From the sequence record DRR723986_2999: a stretch of DNA of 42,698 bases, one strand, 5' to 3'. Numbering within the stretch: the stretch's first letter is position 1; the number at the start of each line of letters is the position of its first letter. Shown here piece after piece: positions 20,176-29,197 of the stretch. The position numbers and the translations under genes are program-made. The notes beneath the pieces were generated by a model, which worked only from the letters and a program-made list of their open reading frames with translations, was not told the DNA's origin and did not search any database.

Positions 20176-20305
20176 CCCACACCTCCCTTAAAGGCTGGCG
20201 ATCCTTCCTGACCGGCGGTTGTTTTAACCCCGGCGGGTATTAAGACGGGAACTATCCAATCCCGTCAACCGCCTAAGGCCAGCGTACGGGCAGATGCAGC
20301 CTTGA

Positions 20306-21211
20306 TCAGATCCCCTTCACGCGTTCCCGGTAGAGGATGTAGAGGCCGGATGCGACAACGATGGCTGCCCCGAGGATGGTCGTATACGTGGGCACGTCGT
20401 CGAAGATCAGGAAGCCAAGCGCGATCATCCAGACAATCTGCGTATAGATGAAGGGCGCCAGCACCGGTGCAGGCGCGATCCTGTGCGCCATGATGAACAG
20501 GAAATGCCCACCCGCACCAAAAGCGCCGGTCGCGAACAGCAGAACCCATGTCCACAGGTCCGGAGGCGTGACCCAGACCGAGATACCAGCCGGCGCCATG
20601 GCAATGGCTGCGACAATACCTGAAATGATCAGCATTCCGGCAGAGCTGTCCGTTGCCGTGAGCTGGCGTGTCAGCAGCGCATAGACCGCATAAAAGGACA
20701 TGGCCGCAACCGAATAGATCGCCGCCCAGTGCATACCGCCAAGTCCTGGACGGGTGACCACCAGAACCCCGATGAAGCCGACAATGATCGCAATCCAGCG
20801 GCGTAATCCGGCCCATTCCCCAAGCAGCGGCCCGGCAAGGGCCGTAATGACGAACGGCGCGGCGAACATGATCGACATGGTTTCAGCCAGCTGCAGGTAA
20901 CGAACCGCCAGGAAGTTGAAAATGGTGGTGCCGAGTAGACAGAACGACCGCACGATCTGCAGAACCGGCCGGTTCGTCTTCAGGAGCGAAGGTTTCTTCC
21001 AGACCTGGAACAGGACCAGCGACAGGATCACATGACTGACGAACCGCATCCAGACGATCTGCAGCGTCGGCAGGCTGGCCGACATGTATTTGGCCGTTGC
21101 ATCCAGAACGGAAAAACTGAGGCAAGCCAGCACGATGAGACCGATCCCGGCGAGCGGCGCCGTGGCAGCGGCGGCATTGCCGGTCGAACGGTGCTGACTG
21201 TCATGCGCCAT
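20306..21211 (-). CDS. DMT/EamA family transporter
   Basis: About ten TM helices, LLGEW.G.RRW...VGFIGVLVVTRPG, LAPFIY. Confidence 0.9.
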   Translation of the reverse strand: MAHDSQHRSTGNAAAATAPLAGIGLIVLACLSFSVLDATAKYMSASLPTLQIVWMRFVSHVILSLVLFQVWKKPSLLKTNRPVLQIVRSFCLLGTTIFNFLAVRYLQLAETMSIMFAAPFVITALAGPLLGEWAGLRRWIAIIVGFIGVLVVTRPGLGGMHWAAIYSVAAMSFYAVYALLTRQLTATDSSAGMLIISGIVAAIAMAPAGISVWVTPPDLWTWVLLFATGAFGAGGHFLFIMAHRIAPAPVLAPFIYTQIVWMIALGFLIFDDVPTYTTILGAAIVVASGLYILYRERVKGI

Positions 21212-21343
21212 CGGTGGCGGCCCTTTTCAAACGATCATCCGCAGATGACAAAGAGAGTAGCGGACATGTCCCGGCAGGAACGGTCCGGTTGAGATAATTG
21301 CACCAACCCACTACCTAACCTTAAAAGACAAGCGGGGACGGTT

Positions 21344-21799
21344 ATGCCGGTTGCAGAAATTGAAACATGGCTGGGACGCCTTTCCATTACGGAAGTTGAC
21401 GGCGCATTCACCCAATTACACTGGAACGGGCCCTCTGGCAAAGAAGAAACACCGTTGCTCAAGGAAGCGGCACGCCAGGTACAGGCCTATCTCGCGGGTG
21501 ATCTGAAAACCTTCGACCTGCCGCTCGCCCCGAAAGGCGGCGAGCTGCACCAGGCGGTGTTCAAGGCGATGCTCGCAATCCCCTATGGCGGAACCCGCAC
21601 CTATGGCGACCTTGCCAGGGAACTGGACACATACGGGCAGCCGATCGGCCAGGCCTGCGGCGCCAACCCGATACCGATCATCATCCCCTGCCACCGGATC
21701 CTGTCGGCGAACGGCCTTGGCGGATATTCCGGCTCGGGCGGTACGGAAACAAAGATCGCCCTTCTGAAACTGGAGGGTGGCTACCCGTTCCTGGTCTAG
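21344..21799 (+). CDS. ogt: Methylated-DNA--protein-cysteine methyltransferase
   Basis: IPYGGTRTYG and NPIPIIIPCHR (PCHR active-site motif). Confidence 0.93.
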   Translation: MPVAEIETWLGRLSITEVDGAFTQLHWNGPSGKEETPLLKEAARQVQAYLAGDLKTFDLPLAPKGGELHQAVFKAMLAIPYGGTRTYGDLARELDTYGQPIGQACGANPIPIIIPCHRILSANGLGGYSGSGGTETKIALLKLEGGYPFLV

Positions 21800-21940
21800 C
21801 GCAACTCAAGTCGTCGATATCAAACACCTGCCACTCCGGCCCTGTCGATAAAGGCAAAGACCGGAGCAACGGCAGGGACCCGCCGAGACGCATGCTCTGA
21901 CCGATTAGTCATATCACGCGCACGGCAGGCTCACATTTTC

Positions 21941-23914
21941 TCACAGGACCAGAGAATCTGCTCCCGTGATCTCGACAAACTGCGGTCGGCTGTCGGGCAG
22001 CTCAAGCTCGTCTGCAAGCGCCGCCAGCGGGTCTGCATCCCTCAACGGTCCGAAATCGAAGCCCGACAGTTCTTCCAGAAAGGCAACGGACACCTGGAAC
22101 GTCTTGTATTCACCAAAGGCGAACCCTTCGACAGCTTCCGACTCGCGGCGGTCCTGCAGGTATTTCTGAATGGCCTGTCCCTGGCTTAACAGATAGGCGG
22201 TCGCGTGCAGGCGAAGACTGCCGTCGTCCTGCAAGGCATCCATCACCACCACTTTCCAGTACTGCAGGGGCAGATTGATGCCGACCCCATCGAGGAACGG
22301 ATCCTCGTCGTCGTCGAAAAGGGGGCCGGTAAAGACCGTTGCCCGGAAGGCATGGGTCTTTGTGCTGTCGAGGATATGGTTTTCCAGACCTTGCCAGGTG
22401 GACCGGTTCTGGTTGAGGGAGGAATGCTGCGGCGAGGCGTTCGTGTAGTGGAACGTATCGTCGTTTGCCAGTTGCGCCACCGGGCGGTCATCGCCCCAGT
22501 TCGGGTCCTCGCGCCGAACCATGTGTCCCCGGTCCAGATCTCCCGGGAAGTCGCCCTTGCCGAGCTGCGCTTCCACCGGAATGCGCCGATCGAAAAACCA
22601 CTTGTCCGGTTTCTTGCGTTTGATCTTGATTGCCTTTTCGCCGTCGATGTTGACGACAGTGACCACGGGGCTTCTGCGATCGACATCATAGAGAAGCCCG
22701 AAGTGGGTATAGCGCAGCTCATGCGGACGGCCGGCGAGCGCATCCGTCGGGCTGGCCAGATTGAACATGCCGTCCGGCAACTTCGGAAAGTCGACCTTTT
22801 TCGACAGGAAGTTGGGATCGTAGCCGTTCCGGCCGATAAAATGGTTCGGGTCGTGGAATCCGTCGGCCACCTCCTGTTCAAGGCTAGCCTCGACCAGGAC
22901 CTGCGTGGGCCGGTTGCCTGACAGAAGGTCCCGCAGCGTGCTCGCCCTGACAGCGCTGTTGGCAATTCCATAGGCTCCGGCGAAGTGCAACCCCACCACC
23001 TTGTTGCGATCAAGGCTCAGGATCGGCGAGCCGGAGTTTCCACCGAGCGTGGTGCAGTCGTGGCTGAGTACGGCTCCCGGCGCAACCGGCATCATCTTGC
23101 CCGGAGCAAACCGCTTCACATCGTAGAGACCCTTGAAATACTTCTCCATTTCGGTGCGATCGTTTCGGCTGTCGAAGGCCGGATAGCCGATCACCGCGAC
23201 GATCTCGTCCGTTTCCGCGTCCGTATCCACCAGAGGCAAGGGCGCAACGGCGAAGCCGGCAGGTTTTTCGATCCGCCCGATCGCGACGTCGGCGCTGGCA
23301 TCATCTGCAAGATAGGTGAAGCGAAGGATCTCGGCCGGGCGCTCGTCTGACGGCAACGCGCCAACCTCTTCGTTGAAATCCACGCGCGCACCGTAACGGA
23401 CCATCGTGAAGGGCGAGCGCATGAAGACGCCCTCTCCCCTGGCGTTTCGGCGTGCGACAATCTTGGCGACGTGCCGGTTGGTCACGACAAGAAGATGCCG
23501 GCCATCGGCTTCTTCTCCAACCACCCAGGCGGTTCCGCCCCAGGTCATCGAGTGGTTGATGAATTCAACCCGCCCGACCGAGCCGATCCAGTGTTCGTTC
23601 CGCTTGATCTTGATGTCTATGTCGGCACCGAACTCATCCGGCAGCGGGATCAGCGAGACCGCGCCGTTTTCAACGACCATCGGCGGCCGGGTAACCAGTC
23701 GCACGATGGCTTCCAGTTGCGTCAACGGCGTGCCGGCGGCTTCAAGCTGGCCGAGGGACATATCCAGCGCATCAAGCGTATCCGGTATGTCCAGTCTAAG
23801 TTGCTCGACAAAGGGGTGTCCTGCCTCGATGGCGCGTTTCGCAGCCTCAAGCCGTCCGCCCGATTTCAATGCTTCGAGCCGTCCCTGACTTTCCAATAAT
23901 GCTCGCGTGTTCAT
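21941..23914 (-). CDS. Trypsin-like serine protease fused to DNA/RNA non-specific endonuclease (EndoG/NucA family)
   Basis: Triad H148 (TNRHV), D209 (ADVAI), S294 (TTLGGNSGS). The nuclease has DRGH (H464) and TFHYTNASPQ...LNQ..W.GLEN. Strong GGAGGA Shine-Dalgarno upstream. Confidence 0.92.
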   Translation of the reverse strand: MNTRALLESQGRLEALKSGGRLEAAKRAIEAGHPFVEQLRLDIPDTLDALDMSLGQLEAAGTPLTQLEAIVRLVTRPPMVVENGAVSLIPLPDEFGADIDIKIKRNEHWIGSVGRVEFINHSMTWGGTAWVVGEEADGRHLLVVTNRHVAKIVARRNARGEGVFMRSPFTMVRYGARVDFNEEVGALPSDERPAEILRFTYLADDASADVAIGRIEKPAGFAVAPLPLVDTDAETDEIVAVIGYPAFDSRNDRTEMEKYFKGLYDVKRFAPGKMMPVAPGAVLSHDCTTLGGNSGSPILSLDRNKVVGLHFAGAYGIANSAVRASTLRDLLSGNRPTQVLVEASLEQEVADGFHDPNHFIGRNGYDPNFLSKKVDFPKLPDGMFNLASPTDALAGRPHELRYTHFGLLYDVDRRSPVVTVVNIDGEKAIKIKRKKPDKWFFDRRIPVEAQLGKGDFPGDLDRGHMVRREDPNWGDDRPVAQLANDDTFHYTNASPQHSSLNQNRSTWQGLENHILDSTKTHAFRATVFTGPLFDDDEDPFLDGVGINLPLQYWKVVVMDALQDDGSLRLHATAYLLSQGQAIQKYLQDRRESEAVEGFAFGEYKTFQVSVAFLEELSGFDFGPLRDADPLAALADELELPDSRPQFVEITGADSLVL

Positions 23915-24070
23915 GGAAATTCCTCCAATATCAATGTCTGTATTATTGTCCGGTATTCCCCATAGGTTCGGGCATCGACGAGGCTTGCGGCCTTGCCGGA
24001 AACACGGAACCTGAACAGTGCCCGGTTCTCTCCTTTCTTTCGTGTTTGACGAACCTGCAAACGCACGCGA

Positions 24071-27000
24071 CTAGAACAATGTCGACGCGTCGACCGGTTC
24101 GTTTCTTTTCGCAGCATCAGCCCCGATCACGGCCAACGCCGCTGTCAGGGCTGGCCCCATGAGCCTGGGTGCAAGGGCAGCTGCAATGTCCTGGGCAGAG
24201 CCCGCGGTCATCGCCATTGCCAGCGGCCGCATCAGCCGTCGCTCGAAAACACTCCGGGCACGCCGGGCCCCTTCTTCCGTGTCGGGATAGTCGGCCGCAT
24301 AGGCCAATCGCCGCAACAGCGCCCGGGCGGTTGCTGGCGGATCCTTCCGCGAAAGCAGACTGGTGACCCGCGCCATCAGCAAGACATCGCTCTCGCCGTT
24401 GCCCCAGTAAGACGGCGGCGTACCCGGGTAGGACCAGATACCGCCACTGAAGCGACGCCACCGTTCGGCCGCCCGCGCAACCGTCGGCGCATCCGGAACA
24501 GCATTGAACACTGCAAATGCCCCTACCCAGTCGCAGGTAAGGCCCAGTGCCCCCAGAATTTCCGGTCCTTCGATCTCGATGTCGCTGGAATAGCGTTCGA
24601 AACTGTCGAAGAGATCAGGCGTTCCCAGCATCTCCAGCGTTTCATGCAACCCCTCGTAAAAGCCGCGCAGATATTGCGCCATGCGCGGACTGTGCTGAAT
24701 GCGTGCAAGAACGCTCAAGGGCGCGATCGCAGGGTTCATTCGGGCAATGGTGTGCTGATCCGTGTCGGGATGCTGCTGTCCGGTCATGATCGCAAACCGC
24801 TCGGCGCGGTTGGCACCCTGCCGGATTGCATCTGCCGGGTACTCCGAAACCCTCTCGCCGAACCTGAAGACGGACATGGCAACCGGATCCAGGATCTCCA
24901 CATACTCCGGCCGCCCTTCCTGGCTGGCCATGAGAGCGAATTCCAGCGCCCCTTTCAGGGCAATCCTGGAACCCTCGGAACGCGCCTGCCAGGCTGTTGC
25001 CGCCAGTTTTTCATCACCACGCAACCGGGCGACAAGTCCGTCGAAATCCGCTTCCGCCTCGATTTCCAGCAGGACCAGCCCGTAGAGGCCCGGGTCTTCC
25101 CGGCTCAATCGTTCCAGCAGGGATTTCGGCAGCTTCCGCCAAAGGGACATGGCCCGCGCCCACTGGCCGGAGAGCCAGAAATACGCAAGCGTGGCAGCAG
25201 CTTCGGGACGGGAAGGTAACGGATTTCGCGGAAAGGCGTTGTTGAGGGTGAAGATATGATCGGCCTCGAACACATCGCCCCGCCGAAGGGTCAGTTCGAG
25301 TTCGCGGATCAGTTCCGGCTCGACCTCCTCCGCTTTCGAAGTCGGAACCGGTTCGGATGTTCCCTGCTCGCTGCTGGTGTAGCGCGCGCGGCGCGAGCGT
25401 TCCCCGCGCTCCTGCAGAATGGCATTCGTCGCCGGAAGAGGAAGTTCGTCCAGTTCATCTTCGCTGAGGCCCGCAACGTCGGCTGCGGTGAATTCGGGCA
25501 TCGGGTCTCCGGCACGCGTCACCTGGAAGGCATGATAGAGCGCGGTCTCACGGTCAAACCCGGCAAACCAGTTTGCTGCCGCCCGGTCTATTCTTGCGGC
25601 CAGCTCCGGCTTTTCGACGTAGAGCATGGGCAGGATTTCCCGCCGCAGGTCGCTGCGGTGTTTCAGCCAGTCCTGACCGTCAACGGCCACCAGCCAATGG
25701 TGGCTGCTGAGTTCCTGCCAAAGTCGCCTGGACGCAGCTTCGTCGATATGCTCACCGAGCCCGAGCGCCGGCGCCAGAACGAACTGGATTGCCTCGGCGC
25801 TGATCCGGCGCAGGACAAGACCAGGGTGTGCCAGCTTCGCCAGCAGCGGGTCGTCAATGCGCGAAAGGATAGCCCGGTAAAGATAGGCTTCCGTGATGCT
25901 GCCTGCTTCGCCGTATTCCAGTTCGCCCGGATCGAAGTCCTCCGCCTGCGTTACCTTGGCTGAAAGCCGCAGCATCAGCGGGTTGCCACGCGAAAGTTCG
26001 AAGATCCTGTCATGCAAATCCGGCGGAGCCCCCAACTTGTCCAGAAGATTGCGGGATTCCGTCTCGCTCAGACCTTCCAGCTCCAGAGGCGGTCCCTCGA
26101 TGCGTTTGCGGACGGAATCGAGCGCATCTCCCCGTCCGGCCGCAATGATCGAGATCGGCGACAGCCCGGCCCGCACCAGATTGTCCAGAACCTCGAACAG
26201 CAGAATGGGCCGGGTTTCGCCATGACCGCGCAACACTTCAAGCGTATCCAGCACCAGGACCACCTGCCCGCCATGCGAGCGCACCGCAGCGCCCATGGCA
26301 TCGACCAGCTCGGTCGGCAAAAGGGTACTGCTCACCGTCGTGCCGGTCGTTTCCGCATTGCCGGAATACTTGAGCCTCAGGTCGCGCAGTCTGGGGGCTT
26401 CGTCTGTCAGGATGTCACCCAGCTGGCGGGAGAGCTCATGCACCAGCTTGTCGGGATCTTCCAGGTTCAGCCCGCGCCGGTCGAAGTCCAGGCGCAGAAC
26501 GATTGGCGCCTTTTGAACAGACCTGTGTTCCGCCATTGCCCGGTCAATCAGAAAGGATTTGCCGATGCCCGGCAGGCCGGTGATGAACAAGGCGCTGACA
26601 GGTGTTTTTTCCTGAGGCCGCGCGCACCAGTCGAGCAAGCGGGCCAGTTCCTTCTCCCGGCCAAAAAACTCTCGGCTCAGCATGGCATTGGCCCGCCTTG
26701 CTGCATCCACGCGGTTCATGACACCGCGCAGGCGCACCAGCAACGGATAGGCAGGCGCACTCGGTCCGGCCCTGTCGAGGTCATCGGATATCTCCTCGAT
26801 CCGTTTGAGCTGATCCTGCTCGGGCAGATCCGGAGTCTCCGCAATCAGTCGTTCGATGGTCTCCTGCGAGAACGGTTCGTCACCACGCAGGGCTCTGGCA
26901 ACAGGTGTGTCTTCCTCCGGTGTTTCGATGGTCTTGAGCACACCATGGCGAGGCCCGTTGCGAAGAGACCAGACCGGCTCGGAGGATATTTCCAGGACGA

Positions 27001-27169
27001 CCTTGTTGAGCTCTGTCAGCAGCCGGGCAATCGTCAATGGCGTCAGCTTGTCCTGCAAGACCTTGGACGCCGCCTCCACCGCATCACGCGGCGTGAAGGT
27101 TTTGCGCGTTGCGGCAAACCGCATGGCCGCCTTCAGGCCTTCCGCGAGCTGATCAGCGTCCTTGCTCAT
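24071..27169 (-). CDS. STAND-class (NLR-like) P-loop NTPase with C-terminal helical/TPR-like region
   Basis: FFGRE, Walker A GLPGIGKS (K204), Walker B VVLVLD (D308), sensor IIAAGR, LEGLS, GxP motif RGNPL, winged-helix end KHRSDLRR, ALYH, then about 450 aa of helical sequence. Confidence 0.85.
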   Translation of the reverse strand: MSKDADQLAEGLKAAMRFAATRKTFTPRDAVEAASKVLQDKLTPLTIARLLTELNKVVLEISSEPVWSLRNGPRHGVLKTIETPEEDTPVARALRGDEPFSQETIERLIAETPDLPEQDQLKRIEEISDDLDRAGPSAPAYPLLVRLRGVMNRVDAARRANAMLSREFFGREKELARLLDWCARPQEKTPVSALFITGLPGIGKSFLIDRAMAEHRSVQKAPIVLRLDFDRRGLNLEDPDKLVHELSRQLGDILTDEAPRLRDLRLKYSGNAETTGTTVSSTLLPTELVDAMGAAVRSHGGQVVLVLDTLEVLRGHGETRPILLFEVLDNLVRAGLSPISIIAAGRGDALDSVRKRIEGPPLELEGLSETESRNLLDKLGAPPDLHDRIFELSRGNPLMLRLSAKVTQAEDFDPGELEYGEAGSITEAYLYRAILSRIDDPLLAKLAHPGLVLRRISAEAIQFVLAPALGLGEHIDEAASRRLWQELSSHHWLVAVDGQDWLKHRSDLRREILPMLYVEKPELAARIDRAAANWFAGFDRETALYHAFQVTRAGDPMPEFTAADVAGLSEDELDELPLPATNAILQERGERSRRARYTSSEQGTSEPVPTSKAEEVEPELIRELELTLRRGDVFEADHIFTLNNAFPRNPLPSRPEAAATLAYFWLSGQWARAMSLWRKLPKSLLERLSREDPGLYGLVLLEIEAEADFDGLVARLRGDEKLAATAWQARSEGSRIALKGALEFALMASQEGRPEYVEILDPVAMSVFRFGERVSEYPADAIRQGANRAERFAIMTGQQHPDTDQHTIARMNPAIAPLSVLARIQHSPRMAQYLRGFYEGLHETLEMLGTPDLFDSFERYSSDIEIEGPEILGALGLTCDWVGAFAVFNAVPDAPTVARAAERWRRFSGGIWSYPGTPPSYWGNGESDVLLMARVTSLLSRKDPPATARALLRRLAYAADYPDTEEGARRARSVFERRLMRPLAMAMTAGSAQDIAAALAPRLMGPALTAALAVIGADAAKRNEPVDASTLF

Positions 27170-28908
27170 GGCGATGATGCTCCTTCGGCCGGAAGCAACG
27201 GTGCGAGAGACCTTTGCAGATTTTCCGAGACGGTTTTCACTTCCGCACTGCGATAGACCGTTCCCTGGGCTTGCACGCCGTGAAGGGCCTGCATCAGAAC
27301 GAAATCGACCACATGCGTCGGCAGGCCAAGCCCCAGCGATCGGTTGATCGCCTCAAGCGTATGACGCACATCCTCGCGGTCGAACTGGCCGATGTAATCC
27401 ACCATCACCCCCGGCCCGGTCAGCGCACTGGCATTTTCCGCCTTTGGCCCCGGAACGCTGTATGTCTCTCCACCGGCCATGACAAATCGAAGGCGCGTAT
27501 CGCTCAGGATCATTGCCAGAAGCAGTTCCAGTTGCTGTTGTGCCGCCTTGCGCAAGCCTCCGCGCGGATTGTCGAAATAAATCCAGCTCGGCTTGTCCGC
27601 GGTTGCGCCGGTCGTCTTGGCCAGGAGGTCCACCAGTTGTCTGGCGCGGTCCTTGTCGCTTGCCCCTTCACTGGTTTCGTCGTCCGCAGCCCCCGGCCGT
27701 GCCAGCAGCGGCGTTCCGCCGTGCAATCTCTCGTTCAGCGTTTCCAGCAGGTCTTCCATTCCCAGAGACAGTTCAACCCTGAACACCTGCGCCGCTTGAC
27801 CGTTCTGCGCCAGAACCTGACACAAGAGATCGTAGGAAAATTCAAGACCGGTCGTCTGGTCGATTTCCATCCGCTTGATCCAGATCCCGCGCAAGTGACG
27901 GGCGGCTCCCCGCACCACGTCATGGATGGCATGACAATAGCGCTGCCGTCCGATAATCAGATGACCATCGACACGCCCTGTCAGCGAATAGATGTAAGGC
28001 GGTGCCCGGTCCTCCGCAATTGCCTGGGTAAATTCCTCTATGCCAGCGAAGGTGGCGTAAGGAACGATCTCGGAAACGCCGTTCAGCTGTCCCTGATGGA
28101 AGCCTGCGAATGCAAGATCCGTGTCGAAAACCGACCCGCCTGACGACCCGGGTTTGGTGACGCCGTCCTCCCATTCCAGTTGGATACGAGGAGGATCATC
28201 GATCGTCGCCCGACCGGTAACGAAGGTGACGCCCCTGCCGTTGTCGTCCTGTCTGTGGCTCAGGCAAAGCTTTCTCCGCCCGGTGATCCACGCCGGAGGT
28301 TTCGCCGGCAATTCGTAATACGTTGTCATCGGTTGCTCGATGGCGAGCAAGGCGACATCCGGGTTGGCACGCAGGATATCCCCGTCCTGCAGGCCGACAT
28401 CCCATTGATCGTCATGGCAAGGCATCTCGAAACGCACACCAAGCACGCGCAGCGACTTGCTCCCTTCTTGCGTGCGAACCGTGAGGCCGGACCGGCGCTC
28501 CTTCCGCTTGTCCTTGACCGTCACATGCCAGGCGGTCAGCGCGAGCCGGTGAGACACGAGTGTCGCGATACCGCAAAATCCTATTTCATCGAAAACATAC
28601 AGCTTGAAGCCCAGCATCTTGTGCGCGAAATCACCGAGATCCTCGAGGTCGAAATTGGCGGCGTTGATCGGCTCGATTGGTTGGGTGAGGTGGAACATGA
28701 ACTCCCAGCCGAGATTTTCCTCGTTCAGAAAATCAGCCAGCAGTTCTTCAAGAGGCTGCCCGGTGATGCCCGCCGTGCTGCGCAAGGCATCCAGCGTCAT
28801 CAGGGAATCCGTGAACCCCTGAACCCGGCGCAACACCCTGTCGACAGCCGCTTCATTCTGCTCCAGATGCTGCTTCAGCTCTGCACTGGTTACCGGCATG
28901 ACCAACAC
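27166..28908 (-). CDS. Trypsin-like serine protease fused to a degenerate STAND-like P-loop domain
   Basis: Triad H128 (TAWHV), D184 (PDVALL), S256 (TKPGSSGG). The C-terminal half has IIGRQ, a degenerate Walker A (DQTTGLEFS), Walker B-like WIYFDN and LRFVMAG. Stop overlaps the next start (ATGA at 27166-27169). Confidence 0.8.
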   Translation of the reverse strand: MLVMPVTSAELKQHLEQNEAAVDRVLRRVQGFTDSLMTLDALRSTAGITGQPLEELLADFLNEENLGWEFMFHLTQPIEPINAANFDLEDLGDFAHKMLGFKLYVFDEIGFCGIATLVSHRLALTAWHVTVKDKRKERRSGLTVRTQEGSKSLRVLGVRFEMPCHDDQWDVGLQDGDILRANPDVALLAIEQPMTTYYELPAKPPAWITGRRKLCLSHRQDDNGRGVTFVTGRATIDDPPRIQLEWEDGVTKPGSSGGSVFDTDLAFAGFHQGQLNGVSEIVPYATFAGIEEFTQAIAEDRAPPYIYSLTGRVDGHLIIGRQRYCHAIHDVVRGAARHLRGIWIKRMEIDQTTGLEFSYDLLCQVLAQNGQAAQVFRVELSLGMEDLLETLNERLHGGTPLLARPGAADDETSEGASDKDRARQLVDLLAKTTGATADKPSWIYFDNPRGGLRKAAQQQLELLLAMILSDTRLRFVMAGGETYSVPGPKAENASALTGPGVMVDYIGQFDREDVRHTLEAINRSLGLGLPTHVVDFVLMQALHGVQAQGTVYRSAEVKTVSENLQRSLAPLLPAEGASSP

Positions 28909-29197
28909 CGTATCGAGAATCGTTAAAACAATGGAGCCTGTCTCTTCGAGCCGGCACGTCAGTCAACCGCCGACGGTCGGATGAGAATATGCGTCTTGTC
29001 GGTCAAAATACGGCCAACCGCACGTTCTCCCAGGCTTCGGAACCTAAGGACACAATTATAGCGTCATTCAAGCTGAAAATAAACGCACAAGTATACGCCG
29101 ACTGATGCGGCCGCAGACGCTGAAAAGGACGGTCCTGTGCTCGCAGCAAAGCAACAGGTATCGTCCTCATTCCACTCGTCCTGACGCCGAAACCCGT

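Noticed and set aside
23911-24117. 68-aa ORF bridging the STAND gene and the protease-nuclease gene, ending in an ATGA overlap
   Set aside because: It overlaps the end of the STAND gene, has no clear ribosome-binding site or motif, and the downstream gene has its own strong Shine-Dalgarno. Probably chance, though not strictly excluded.
24071-27169. Assigning the STAND protein to a named Avs or NACHT type
   Set aside because: It has no fused N-terminal nuclease, SIR2, TIR or protease domain and no MBL partner. A subtype cannot be assigned without HMM searches.
26012-28926. Long plus-strand ORFs opposite the STAND and protease genes
   Set aside because: Antisense shadows typical of high-GC DNA; the catalytic motifs are all on the minus strand.
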